64,000 nt of DNA from the NCBI RefSeq assembly GCF_046119375.1, contig NW_027362761.1, forward strand, positions 873,642,001 through 873,706,000. Direction: 5' to 3'. Position 1 is the first letter of the stretch; the number at the start of each line of letters is the position of its first letter. This document shows, one piece after another, positions 38,571 to 50,664 of this stretch. A model generated the notes under the pieces. The model searched no databases and had not been told where the DNA came from. It saw nothing but the letters and a program-made list of their open reading frames with translations. This DNA comes from Phyllobates terribilis (taxonomy: Eukaryota). The position numbers were made by a program, and so were the translations under genes.

Positions 38571-38924
38571 TAAAATGAAAAGGTTGATCGAAAAGTTTGG
38601 GGGATCTAAGAGTGTGGCAACCCAGTAGTCATGATTACTTCGAATTCTGACAATATGAGGGTCATGCTGCAGGTAGTGCAGCAAGAAGGCACTTATGTGT
38701 CTTGCGCATCTTGGAGCCCCAAAATTATTTTCCGGGCTAGATGCAGCTAAAAATTATTTTTAATTTTAAATCTTGTGAAGCTTATTATAGATGGCCTAAT
38801 AGGATCAGTGCTGCACACTGCTACAAAGCCCAAATTATTTTCCAGTCAAGATACAGATAAACATGATTAGTAATTTGAAAGCTTAAAACGGTTGGTAGGG
38901 TGATTTTAACCAATCATCAAGCTT

Positions 38925-41900
38925 TTACTCTCCCCAGGATGACACAGGGGTAGAAAAGTCGTTTCGGATCCATGATTTGTTCATCTTTATGAACGTGAGT
39001 CTGTCTACATTATCAGTGGAGAGCCGCGTGCGCTTATCTGTCAGCACACCACCAGCAGCGCTGAACACACGTTCAGACAGAACGCTGGCTGCGGGGCATG
39101 ACAAGATCTCCAAGGCGTAAGTGGCTAGCTCCGGCCATTTATCCAGATTGGAAGCCCAAAAAGAGCAAGGGTCCAGTGACACAGTCGTGGCTTCAATGTT
39201 TACTTGGAGATACTCCTGTACCATCGTCTCTAGGCGTTGACTATGTGTCAGACTTCTTGTCTCCTGTGGCCTTGCAAAGGATGGGCTAAAAAAGTGGTGA
39301 AATGATTCCGCAAAATTGATGTTACCAGCAGATACTGTGGTTCTGTTACGGTTTGAGTGCTGAACACTTGACGGTCCCACGGTTGGCAAGTTGGAACTGT
39401 GAGATTCACTACGTGCACCACTGGTATTTTGTGGAAAAGCACATGTAAGATTCTGCAACAGTCTCTGCTGATACTCCTGCATGCGTGCATCCCTTTCTAT
39501 GGCAGGAATAATTTCTGCAAATTTACTTTTGTACCGGGGATCTAACAGTGTGGCAACCCAGTAGTCAGGATTATTTCTAATTCTCACAATTCGAGGGTCA
39601 TGTTGCAGGTAGTGCAGCAAGAAGGCACTCATGTGTGTTGCGCATCCAGGAGCACCAAGTCCCTGTTGTGTTGGTGGCGAGGTAGCAATCATGCTTCCTT
39701 CCTCTGTCCTCTCCCCCCAACCTCGCACAACAGAAATGTGATCAAGGTCTCCCTCATCTGATGAGTCTTCCATCAGTTCGTCCTCCACTTCTTCCTGGGC
39801 TCCTGCACCTTCCTCACTAGTTTGGCTGCTACCATGCGCCCTGGTAAAATCATCTCCCCCACCCTCACATGCCTGCCGCCTTGGTGCTGCCGACCGTCTG
39901 GACCTTGCAGATGTTAGCCCTTCCGCATACAACTCCTCCTCCTCTACTTCCTCCACCTCCTCTTGTGCCACCACCTGACTCCGAATTCTGTTTAACATGT
40001 GCTCCAGCATGTAAATCACCGGAATAGTCATGCTGATAATGGCATCGTCAGCACTAAACATCTTCGTCGCCATTTCAAAACTGTGCAGAAGGGTGCATAG
40101 GTCCCTGATCTGAGACCACTCCTCCAGCGTGATTTGCCCCACCTCTGAATCTCGTTGGCCCAGGCTATACGTCAGAACGTATTGCACCAGGGCTTGTCGG
40201 TGCTGCCACAGTCGCTGCAACATGTGCAGAGTTGAATTCCACCGGGTAGGCACATCGCATTTTAGCCGGTGAAGTGGCAGGCCCAACGACTTCTGTAGAG
40301 ATGTAAGTCGCTGAGCTGCGGGATGCGAACGGCGGAAGTGAGCACACAGCGACCGTGCCCTCTGCAGAAGGCCATCTAGTCTGGGATAGTGGGCTAAAAA
40401 TTGCTGGACAACCAGGTTCAACACGTGAGCCATACAAGGCACGTGTGTGACATTGCCCCGGCGAAGGGCCGCACCCAGGTTTGCAGCATTGTCGCACACG
40501 GCCTTCCCTGGTTTCAGGTCCAGTGGAGACAACCATTCATGAAATTGGTTCTCCAGAGCTGACCACAACTCCTCAGCTGTGTGACTCACATTTCCCAGAC
40601 ATTTCAATGTAAAAACCGCCTGATGACGTTGAGCCCTACTGCCAGCATAGTAAGGAGGTGTGCAGGATCCCTTCTGCGCAGTTAGAAAGCTTGTGGCATG
40701 ACCAGACAGGCTTTGGGTGCAGGTGGAAGACCGAGAGGAGGTTGAGGAGGCAGAAGCAGTGGAGGAACTTTGACATAAAGAGGATTGACGCACAACTCGT
40801 GGGGACGGCAAGACTTGGACAGCAGCCCCTTGTCCTGCTGTCACCATAGTTATCCAGTGCCCAGTCAGCGACATGTAACGCCCCTGTCCATGCCTACTCG
40901 TCCAAGTGTCTGTGGTGAAATGCACCCTGTCACACACAGAGTTTCTCAAAGAAGCGGTGATGTTGTGTGCGACATGCTGGTGGAGCGCAGGCACACCTTT
41001 CTTTGAGAAGTAGTGCCGACTGGGCATCTGGTACTGGGGCACTGCGACGGACATAAGGTCTCGAAAATCCTCTGTGTCCACCAGGCGGAAAGGCAGCATT
41101 TCTGTAGCCAAGAGCTTGCAGATGGTGAAATTCAACCTCTTAGCTTTCTCATGGCTAGGAGGAAATGGTCTTTTACTTGTCCACATCTGAGGGACCGAGG
41201 GCTGGCTATTGTGCTTAGACGGGGTTGATAAGGGTGTCCCCGGCAAACTGACGGTCTGTGAGGAAGATGCAGGCGGACATGTTAGGTTGCCTTGATCCAA
41301 AGGTGGTGCTATCGATGTCGGACAGCGCTCAAGACCAGCTGGTGTTACCACCTCCAAAGAAAATGATGACCTGCCAATCACGCTGGCTGTTGCGGGTAAA
41401 GAGGTGGCAGGTCTGCGCCCCAAAACAGGTGTGACTGCTGTCCCCCCAGTCACAGAGGATGAAGAGGCCGCGGATGCACAAGATATGGCAGACGGTGGTT
41501 GGCCCGGCCGGCTAGACCGCATTGTAGCACACTGAGCTTCCCACTGCAACTTATGCTTCATGTCCATGTGCCGGTTCATGCATGAAGTACTCAAACTATG
41601 TATTTTTTGGCCTCTACTTAGCTTTTGCTGACAAATGTTACAGATAACACGAGTTGGGTCATCTTTATCGATCTGAAAAAATGCCCAGGCTATGCAAGGC
41701 TTAGCACCCATGCGACCTGAAGAGCCACCACGACTTGTGGTGAGAGGCAGAGTTGTGTTTGAGGATGCAGTTGTTGACGTGCTTCCAGTACTACGTCTCT
41801 GTCCAGGAAGGCGCAACCTGACCTCGTCGTCACTAGCATCTTCCTCCACCTCCTCTGCTGACCTCATCTCTTGGCTGACTGTGGGTTGACAGTAAGTGGG

Positions 41901-42605
41901 ATCTCCGACCTCATCATCATCACCCTGTGCGTTATCACACCCGTCGTCCTCAGAGCCAACCTGTTCCTGCCCTGACAAAAAACTAAAGTTGTCGCTCCAA
42001 TCAGGTATTTGAGTCTTATCATCGTCTTCCTCATTGTCTCCACCAACAGGAGTTACAGTTTGGGAATGAGGGTCTACATTATGGTCAGAACCTTCTGCGT
42101 CTGGTCCTGGATCCGACTCATAAAGATTCTGGGCATCAGTGCAGATCATTTCCTCGTCTGGATTCACAGAAGCGCTGGAGTCGACCTCTGATTCCCAGGC
42201 TATAGTATGAGTAAACAGCTCTGCAGACTCAACCATCTGTTCTACCTCATACTCAGACGGGCAGCTGGAGATTTGGGAGCTGTGAGGAAGCAAGTGCGAT
42301 TTGGGCGACACCTTTGAGGACTGGAGTATTTGTGATGTTGAAGTTGATGTGGAGGAGAGCCCACTTAAAGGAGCACTTGATATCCGTTGAAGTACCTGCT
42401 GTTTTTGTGCCTCATCTGGAATTTGTAGCGATTGGCGTGGCCGTAAGAAAGGGATCTTATCACATTGTCCGCTAAAAGAAGTAGACATTTTAGTTTGGCT
42501 GGAAGATGGTCTTTCTTCTGCACCTACCCCACGGACACAACCTTTTTTCCCCTTCCCAACACGCCTATTCCCCTTTCCACCAGCAGCAGGCCTTTTTCCA
42601 CTCAT
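38925..42605 (-). CDS. hAT transposase with BED zinc finger, uninterrupted 1226-aa ORF
   Basis: BED finger (AWAFF...CNIC...HMDMKH), TTDTW (D), VCDNAAN (D), CMAH (CxxH), TRWNS, LDPRYK, SVLSERVFS (E), hAT C-terminal dimerisation region. Confidence 0.95.
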   Translation of the reverse strand: MSGKRPAAGGKGNRRVGKGKKGCVRGVGAEERPSSSQTKMSTSFSGQCDKIPFLRPRQSLQIPDEAQKQQVLQRISSAPLSGLSSTSTSTSQILQSSKVSPKSHLLPHSSQISSCPSEYEVEQMVESAELFTHTIAWESEVDSSASVNPDEEMICTDAQNLYESDPGPDAEGSDHNVDPHSQTVTPVGGDNEEDDDKTQIPDWSDNFSFLSGQEQVGSEDDGCDNAQGDDDEVGDPTYCQPTVSQEMRSAEEVEEDASDDEVRLRLPGQRRSTGSTSTTASSNTTLPLTTSRGGSSGRMGAKPCIAWAFFQIDKDDPTRVICNICQQKLSRGQKIHSLSTSCMNRHMDMKHKLQWEAQCATMRSSRPGQPPSAISCASAASSSSVTGGTAVTPVLGRRPATSLPATASVIGRSSFSLEVVTPAGLERCPTSIAPPLDQGNLTCPPASSSQTVSLPGTPLSTPSKHNSQPSVPQMWTSKRPFPPSHEKAKRLNFTICKLLATEMLPFRLVDTEDFRDLMSVAVPQYQMPSRHYFSKKGVPALHQHVAHNITASLRNSVCDRVHFTTDTWTSRHGQGRYMSLTGHWITMVTAGQGAAVQVLPSPRVVRQSSLCQSSSTASASSTSSRSSTCTQSLSGHATSFLTAQKGSCTPPYYAGSRAQRHQAVFTLKCLGNVSHTAEELWSALENQFHEWLSPLDLKPGKAVCDNAANLGAALRRGNVTHVPCMAHVLNLVVQQFLAHYPRLDGLLQRARSLCAHFRRSHPAAQRLTSLQKSLGLPLHRLKCDVPTRWNSTLHMLQRLWQHRQALVQYVLTYSLGQRDSEVGQITLEEWSQIRDLCTLLHSFEMATKMFSADDAIISMTIPVIYMLEHMLNRIRSQVVAQEEVEEVEEEELYAEGLTSARSRRSAAPRRQACEGGGDDFTRAHGSSQTSEEGAGAQEEVEDELMEDSSDEGDLDHISVVRGWGERTEEGSMIATSPPTQQGLGAPGCATHMSAFLLHYLQHDPRIVRIRNNPDYWVATLLDPRYKSKFAEIIPAIERDARMQEYQQRLLQNLTCAFPQNTSGARSESHSSNLPTVGPSSVQHSNRNRTTVSAGNINFAESFHHFFSPSFARPQETRSLTHSQRLETMVQEYLQVNIEATTVSLDPCSFWASNLDKWPELATYALEILSCPAASVLSERVFSAAGGVLTDKRTRLSTDNVDRLTFIKMNKSWIRNDFSTPVSSWGE

Positions 42606-42714
42606 TTTGGTGGTTAACTAATTCACAACTCTGGAGTTGTTTGCACAAAAAAACAATGGATGGTAACCGAGCAGAGCTGAGTGGCCAAACTGTGGTATTA
42701 GGCCAAAACTATTG

Positions 42715-44755
42715 GCTGGGTTAGATGCAGAAAAAAATTATTTTTAATTTGCAACCTGATGGAGGTCAGTATAGATGGACTAACAGACCAAGTCCCACAC
42801 ACCGCTAGAAGCCCAAATATTTTTTCAGAGCTAGATGCAGAAATTTTTTTTATTCAATTTGCAACCTGATGGAGGTCAGTATAGATGGACTAATAGACCA
42901 AGTCCCACACACTGCTAGAAGCCCAAATATTTTTTCAGAGCTAGATGCAGAAAAAAATTATTTTTAATTTGCAACCTGATGGAGGTCAGTATAGATGGAC
43001 TAATAGACCAAGTCCCACACACTGCTAGAAGCCCAAATATTTTTTCAGAGCTAGATGCAGAAAAAAATTATTTTTAATTTGCAACCTGATGGAGGTCAGT
43101 ATAGATGGACTAATAGACAAAGTCCCACACACTGCTAGAAGCCCAAATATTTTTTCAGAGCTAGATGCAGAAAAAAATTATTTTTAATTTGCAACCTGAT
43201 GGAGGTCAGTATAGATGGACTAATAGACCAAGTCCCACACACTGCTAGAAGCCCAAATATTTTTTCAGAGCTAGATGCAGAAAAAAATTATTTTTAATTT
43301 GCAACCTGATGGAGGTCAGTATAGATGGACTAATAGACCAAGTCCCACACACCGCTAGAAGCCCAAATATTTTTTCAGAGCTAGATGCAGAAAAAAATTA
43401 TATTCAATTTGCAACCTGCTGGAGGTCAGTATAGAAGGACTAATAGAACAAGTCCCACACACTGCTAGAAGCCCAAATATTTTTTCAGAGCTAAATGAAG
43501 AAAAAAATTATTTTTAATTTGCAACCTGATGGAGGTCAGTATAGATGGACTAATAGACCAAGTCCCACACACTGCTAGAAGCCCAAATATTTTTTCAGAG
43601 CTAGATGCAGAAAAAAATTATTTTTAATTTGCAACCTGATGGAGGTCAGTATAGATGGACTAATAGACCAAGTCCCACACACCGCTAGAAGCCCAAATAT
43701 TTTTTCAGAGCTAGATGCAGAAATTTTTTTTATTCAATTTGCAACCTGATGGAGGTCAGTATAGATGGACTAATAGACCAAGTCCCACACACTGCTAGAA
43801 GCCCAAATATTTTTTCAGAGCTAGATGCAGAAAAAAATTATTTTTAATTTGCAACCTGATGGAGGTCAGTATAGATGGACTAATAGACCAAGTCCCACAC
43901 ACTGCTAGAAGCCCAAATATTTTTTCAGAGCTAGATGCAGAAAAAAATTATTTTTAATTTGCAACCTGATGGAGGTCAGTATAGATGGACTAATAGACCA
44001 AGTCCCACACACTGCTAGAAGCCCAAATATTTTTTCAGAGCTAGATGCAGAAAAAAATTATTTTTAATTTGCAACCTGATGGAGGTCAGTATAGATGGAC
44101 TAATAGAACAAGTCCCACACGCTGCTAGAAGCCCAAATATTTTTTCAGAGATAAATGAAGAAAAAAATTATTTTTAATTTGCAACCTGATGGAGGTCAGT
44201 ATAGATGGACTAATAGACCAAGTCCCACACACTGCTAGAAGCCCAAATATTTTTTCAGAGCTAGATGCAGAAAAAAATTATTTTTAATTTGCAACCTGAT
44301 GGAGGTCAGTATAGATGGACTAATAGACCAAGTCCCACACACTGCTAGAAGCCCAAATATTTTTTCAGAGCTAGATGCAGAAAAAAATTATTTTTAATTT
44401 GCAACCTGATGGAGGTCAGTATAGATGGACTAATAGAAAAAGTCCCACACCCAAATATTTTTTCAGAGCTAGATGCAGAAATTTTTTTTATTCAATTTGC
44501 AACCTGATGGAGGTCAGTATAGATGGACTAATAGACCAAGTCCCACACACTGCTAGAAGCCCAAATATTTTTTCAGAGCTAGATGCAGAAAAAAATTATT
44601 TTTAATTTGCAACCTGATGGAGGTCAGTATAGATGGACTAATAGACCAAGTCCCACACACTGCTAGAAGCCCAAATATTTTTTCAGAGCTAGATGCAGAA
44701 AAAATTATATTCAGTTTGCAACCTGATGGAGGTCAGTATAGATGGACTAATAGAA
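42715..44755. repeat. 110-bp tandem array, about 18 highly homogeneous copies, upstream of the inner transposase ATG
   Basis: CTAGATGCAG recurs every 110 bp (e.g. 42831, 42941). Confidence 0.95.
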
Positions 44756-46179
44756 TGATGCTATGCCCAAAAGATTTTACTTCACTAGGTGCAGTTAAAA
44801 AAATTGGTATTCTATACACAGGTGGTATATCTTGCAACACAGATAGGCTACTCCACTGACTAACACACTCTGCAATAGGCCAAAAAGGATTAGCTTTGCT
44901 AGATTCAGCCAAATGCTGTGAAAAAAACTTGCACAGCACTGGCACAGACCTGCCTGGCAGAAACTGATAGGAACTGATGTAACCTAGTCCTGAAAAGGAC
45001 TCCAATTACAATTAGTCTTTACTCCCACAATCTATCTATTTAAGAGCACAGACCTGCCTGATAAAAGTCGTAGGAAATGCTGTAACCTAGTCCTTAAAAG
45101 GACTGCAATCACAACTATTCCCTACTCCCAAGCTATCTGTATATTTGTGCGAAAATTGGCTTGAAATTAACAAGGTATAGCGCACACAGCAACAGCGGTG
45201 CCGTCTAACACGCAGCTGCAGCAGTGAGAAAATGGTGGCGACGGGGAAAATGGCTTGGTCTTATAGGGCAAGGACATGTGACATACACTGCCAATCACAC
45301 ATGCCCTTGCTTGTGTGAAAAAAAGCACTTCGCTCCGTGTGTGCGCTGCTGATAGGCTGACAGATTGCACCTCCCCACTGCAAATGCGGGAAAGAGAAAA
45401 AAAAATGGAGATCTTCATTGTTCCTGCAGAGATCCATCCCCTGCCCCTCCCCCCACCCCGCTGTACACTCAAACTGCGTATTAACATTAATTTTCATCAT
45501 TACTGAGAAAAAATCCAGTTATGATTTTGGTGCACGAACAGTTATCGAACATAACCTCGAACAGCCGAATTTTTCTCAAATTGTTCGTGTTCGCCGATCG
45601 GCTCGAACACCGCCCAAAACAGCTCGAATTTGAGATTGGCGAACAGTTCGAGTAGAACAACGCTCATCTCTACTCACAATAAAACATACAAAAAAGAAAC
45701 CAAAATTGATTTTCCTGGGAAATATGTTAAGGAACATCCTTTCCAGGGTAATGACTTGTGTATAAGGCAAAATAAATAACCAAAAACAAAAATACTCCTC
45801 CACACCTTGGGCTATGTTCACATGTAGCGTTTTTGATGCGTTTTTGCACTTTTGCATTGCTTTCAACCGTGACAAATGCATTCACCGGGAAATGTCATTT
45901 TAACATTTTACAACCTTATCTGGCCATGAGGTGTATGAGACATGATCAGACCCACCCTGTTTCATTTATGAAGGAGGGACTCTGAAAGCCACAAAGCCTA
46001 TTTGTGTAGGGTCATCAGGCGGCCTTTACTATTCTTAAAAGGCCAGCAGTCGGCCCTCGCTATTCTTAGCCATCGGCTGGCTATGTTTTGTTGTTCCCAT
46101 TACTAAAGATTGGGTCTCCTATACTGTTATTGCATATGAATTGAGTGGCAGGTCTGCCCAAAATTTGGATGCTCCCCAA

Positions 46180-47290
46180 TACCCCTTTGAAAATTTGAAC
46201 GCACCCAAATATCCCTCTGAAGAGACTTAGAGGAGGGCCTCTTGAAAACAATGTTCCCATTATTAGGAAGTGGGTCTCCCATACTGTTTGCCTATGCAGT
46301 GAATGCAAAGGCTGCCAAAAATTTGGACCTACTCCAATGCCCCTTGGAAGAGACGTAGAGGAGGGTCTCCTGAAAACAATGTTCCCATTATTAGGAAGTG
46401 GGTCTCCCATTGTGTTTGCCTAAGCAGTGAATGCAAGGGCTGCCAAAAATTGGGAGGCACTTCAATGCCCCTTGGAAGAGACGTGGAAATCAGAGGGCCT
46501 CCTGAAAACAATGTTCCCATTATTAGGAAGTGGGTCTCCCATTGTGTTTGCCTATGCAGTGAATGCAAGGGTTGCCAAAAATTTAGAGCCACTCCAATGC
46601 CCCTTGGATGAGACGTGGAGGTCAGAGGGCCTCCTGAAAGCAATGTTCCCATAATTAGGAAGTGGGTCTCCCATTGTGTTTGCCTATGCAGTGAATGGAA
46701 GGGCTGCCAAAAATTTGGAGGCTCTCCAATGCCCTTTGGAAGAGACGTGGAGGTCGGAGGGCCTCCTGAAAACAATGTTCCCATTATTAGGAAGTGGGTC
46801 TCCCATTGTGTTTAGTGAATGTAAGGGTTGCCAAAAATTTGGAGGCACTCCAATGCACCTTGGAAGAGACGTGGAGGTCAGAGGGCCTCCTGAAAGCAAT
46901 GTTCCCATTATTAGGAAGTGGGTCTCCCATTGTGTTTGCCTATGCAGTGAATGCAAGGGTTGACAAAAATTGGGAGGCACTACAATGCCCCTTGGAAGAG
47001 ACGTGGAAGTCAGAGGGCCTCCTGAAAACAATGTTCCCATTATTCGGAAGTGGGCCTCCCATTGTGTTTGCCTATGCAGTGAATGTAAGGGTTGCCAAAA
47101 ATTTGGAGGCACTCAAATGCCCCTTGGAAGAGACGCGGAGGTCAGAGGGCCTCCTGAAAACAGTGTTCCCATTATTAGGAAGTGGGTCTCTCATTGTGCT
47201 TGCCTATTCAGTGAATGCAAGGGTTGCCAAAAATTGGGAGGCACTCCAATGCCCCTTGGAAGAGACATGGAGGAGGGCCTCATAAAAAAA
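46180..47290. repeat. 132-bp tandem array, about 8 copies, downstream of the outer transposase
   Basis: GAAAACAATGTTCCC at 46372, 46504, 46636, 46768, 46892, 47024 and 47156. Confidence 0.93.
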
Positions 47291-50200
47291 TGTTCACATT
47301 AAAAAGGAACGAGTCTCCTATACTTGTAATTCCCATGCAGTAAGTGTATGCGCTGAAAAACATTTGCCCCTGGGGGGTATACATGAACATACTGTATAAA
47401 AAATTTTTTTTTAAGGGCATCATAAAGACACTTTAAAAAAATTATGTGCGTGTTGTATCATGGATCACGGTCACCCTGGTGATATGGTGGTGGAGAATAA
47501 GGATGAGGAGAAGGAGGAGGACAAAATCAAATAGCCAAAATCAGGAAGCGTATACCCATGTGTGGGTGTGAAAAGGTGCATGGGAATACACCTCCCAAGA
47601 AAAGACACTGGATTTGCGTTTATGTTACGCTGCTATCATTTGGTGCTGTTGAGAAGTCTTGCCCAATCCAGCCCTTGTTCATTTTTATAAGAGTCAGCCT
47701 GTCAGCATTTTCAGTTGACAGGTGGATGTACTTATCAGTTACAATTCCACCAGCGGCACTAAAAACCCGCTCTGATAAAACGCTAGCGGCAGGGCAGGCC
47801 AGGACCTAAAAGGCGTAGAGAGCCAGTTCATTCCACGTATCCAGCTTGGATACCAAATAATTATAAGGCACAGAGGAATCATGAAGGATGTTTGTACGGT
47901 CGGCAAGGTACTCACTCAGCATCTTCCTAAACTTTGGACTTCTTGTGAGAGTACCCCGCGCCTCAGGGCCTGTGCGATGGGAGGGCCTGAGAAAATTCTC
48001 CCAGAACTTTGACAGTGTTCCCCTGCCTCTGCTGGATTGGATTTGTGTCTCTCTCGCCTGTAGTCCTTGGTTGTCCAACGAACTGTGACCTCTGCCACGA
48101 GCGTTTTCAGATGGGAATTTTTTTAATAGTTACACATCAAGGGCCTTCTGGTACTGACCCATTTTTGTAGACCTGCCCGCCTCAGAAATAAGAGATATAA
48201 AGTTCTCCTTGTAGCGTGGGTCTAGAAGTATCACCAACCGGTAATGACTATCACCCAAAATTTTGAGAGCGCAAGGGTCATGGGAAAGGCAGCGTAACAT
48301 AAAATCAGCCATGCGTGCCAGACTGCTAACAGGCAAGACTTCCGTGTCTTCACCAAGAGGACGAGTGACCATGCTTTCCTCCTCCTCCTCCTTCTCCTCC
48401 TCTCTGTCCTCTGGCCATCCACGCTGAACAGACGGTATGACAATTGTGCAGGTAGTACCGTCTATAGCAAATGAAACTGACTCCTGTTCTTCCTCCTCCT
48501 CTTCCTCATTGTCACCTAATCCATGTTGGGATGAGATGAGGCTGGACTGTGTGAAATAACCCTGTATGGTTCCTTGCTCCATCTCATCGTGCTCCGCCTG
48601 CAATGCCTCCTGTTTGATTGTGAGCAGAGAGCGTTTCAGAAGACAGAGAAGCGGGATGGTGATGCTAATTATGGCGTCATCGCCGCTCACCATCTTGGTG
48701 GAGTCCTCAGTCCTGAGGTCTTATGTGTGGAGTCTGAACTGAATACAGACTGCTTTGCTGATGCTGGTACTCAACAACTGCCCTCTTCGGCTCACAAATC
48801 CTTCCTAACATCTGCAGTGTAGTGATCCAATGCGTGGGGACATCACACACCAGTCTGTGAGCCGGAGAGATGCTAATGCTGCTGAAACATGGCAAAGGCG
48901 GCGGAAGCTGTGGGTAACTTTCTAAAATGGGCACACAGGTGGCATACTTTAACAAGCAGTTCCAGCAGCTCCGGGTAGGATTTGAGAAACCACTGAACCA
49001 TGAGATTAAGCACATGGGCTAGGCATGGTACGTGTGTGAGCTCGCCTCGCCTCAGAGCCGCCACCAGGTACCGGCCATTGTCACACATGACCATGCCTGG
49101 CTGTAGGTTCAGCGATGTGAGCCATAGATCGGCCTGCTCTTTCAGAGCTGTCCACAACTCTTCATCATCATGCGGTTTGTCACCTAAGCATATTAGCTTC
49201 AGCACAGCCTGTTGCTGCTTGACCGAGGCAGTGCTGCAGTGCTTCCAGCTTGTAATTGATGTGGTCATATCGGAGATGGAGGCTGAAGTGGAGGAGTAGG
49301 CTGAGGAGGATGAAGTGCAGGGGACAACCCTGATTGACCTAGGGCCTGCAATCTTTGGCGTCGGGAGGACTTGTTCCGTCCCAAGGTCCGACTGGGTCCC
49401 AGCTTCCACTATATTAACCCAATGTGCCGTCAGCGAGATGTACCGTCCCTGCCCACAAGCACTTGTCCACGTGTCCGTGGCTAGGTTGACTTTCCCAGTA
49501 ACTGCATTATTGAGGGCACAGCTAATATATTGGGACAGGTGCTTGTGTAATGTGGGAATGCTTTTGTCTCCACGAGCCTCCAAGGCAACATTTTGAGCGC
49601 AAGTAGTCGCGAAATGTTGGAATTTAATAGTGTGGCCTGTGGGGCGTTGGCTGCGTATTTGCGCTTGTGTGGCACCCCACGGGTCTGGTTGCCACACTCA
49701 AAAGAGGTAATGCCATGCCTGGAAGCAAGCAGGGGTCCCCTAGTCAGGTATACTAAACATGCAACATTTTCCTGTCTCCAGACCAGCAAGGGGAGCCACT
49801 CCAACTGGGATCTGGGGGCGGGGTTAGTTAGTCTTAGTGTGGAGAGTTGAAGCGAGGACGTCGAGGAGAGAGGAGCTGGGGACTGGAGCTGCGCGGCAGC
49901 TCACCCCAGCAGTACCGCACAGAAGAACAGGACACCGGAGTCTGAGGCTGTGGGGCACTAAAGGCCCAGCAGTAGAAACCGGAGGGCAGGAGATTGCAGG
50001 TCTCCTGGCCCCATCAGACGCCCGGAGGCTCAGCAGTACCGCAGGGTCCAGCACCGCCACGTGGGAGTGACGCACCAGCAAGGCCCGAGCTGCCTGCCAT
50101 ACGGGTGTGCACAGAAACGTCACACTCAGGGACGAGGGCCACCGCACAGCTACAAGTAACAGGGCCAAAGAGTTTAGTGGAAAGGGAAGGCCTCCAACTT

Positions 50201-50664
50201 CATCTGGCAAGGAGGATTCTTTGTTTGCTTCCAGGCTGCCCAGATTTCCACTTCTAGCCAGTACCCTAGTCCCGGCTTGTTTAATCGTCACCAGTAAAGA
50301 CCCTGGGACTGCACTTCCTTGTCACTGTGTTTCTTGCTGCACCATCAACCCCTGCACTACAATGCCCAGCACAACCTGCAACATCTTCTACACTGCACTG
50401 CCCTGGAGCTAGCTCTTCCTGTGGAGAGCCGCACCATCCCTGCTGCAGTAACATCAGCCTCAGAGGACTGCTCCGCAGCGGCGGCTCCCTTTAGCCGCAT
50501 TCCACAGGTGGCGTCACGAACTCTATAAACATTATAAATTCCCTATCAATAACCCCTTTTTATTGACCTCCCTGGGTCACGGACCGGGTCACCACCACTG
50601 TGATATCCCCCAGCATCTACCGGCCCGGCACCGGGTACCCCACGGCCCAGGGGGCGCGTCAACT

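Larger units (their letters stand above)
34451..45672 (-). mobile_element. Inner hAT transposon (11.2 kb) with intact transposase
   Basis: Termini TAGTGTTGAGC and GCTCATCTCTA. Perfect 8-bp TSD CTCACAAT at 34443-34450 and 45673-45680. Confidence 0.92.

Noticed and set aside
38925-42605. Domesticated ZBED host gene
   Set aside because: It sits between intact termini with a perfect TSD, so it is best treated as a transposon ORF. No gene symbol assigned.
42715-44755. Regular array as a possible CRISPR locus
   Set aside because: Whole 110-bp units repeat with no unique spacers, there are no cas genes, and the context is a vertebrate transposon. The same applies to the 126-, 132- and 151-bp arrays.
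46081-47302. Many overlapping repetitive ORFs on both strands
   Set aside because: The 132-bp unit is a multiple of three, so stop-free frames propagate. No recognisable domain.
49824-50528. ORFs within LTRs (also 11065-11777, 19362-20232, 35512-36268, 56592-57297)
   Set aside because: GC-rich LTR sequence gives chance open frames. Frames differ between related LTR copies.
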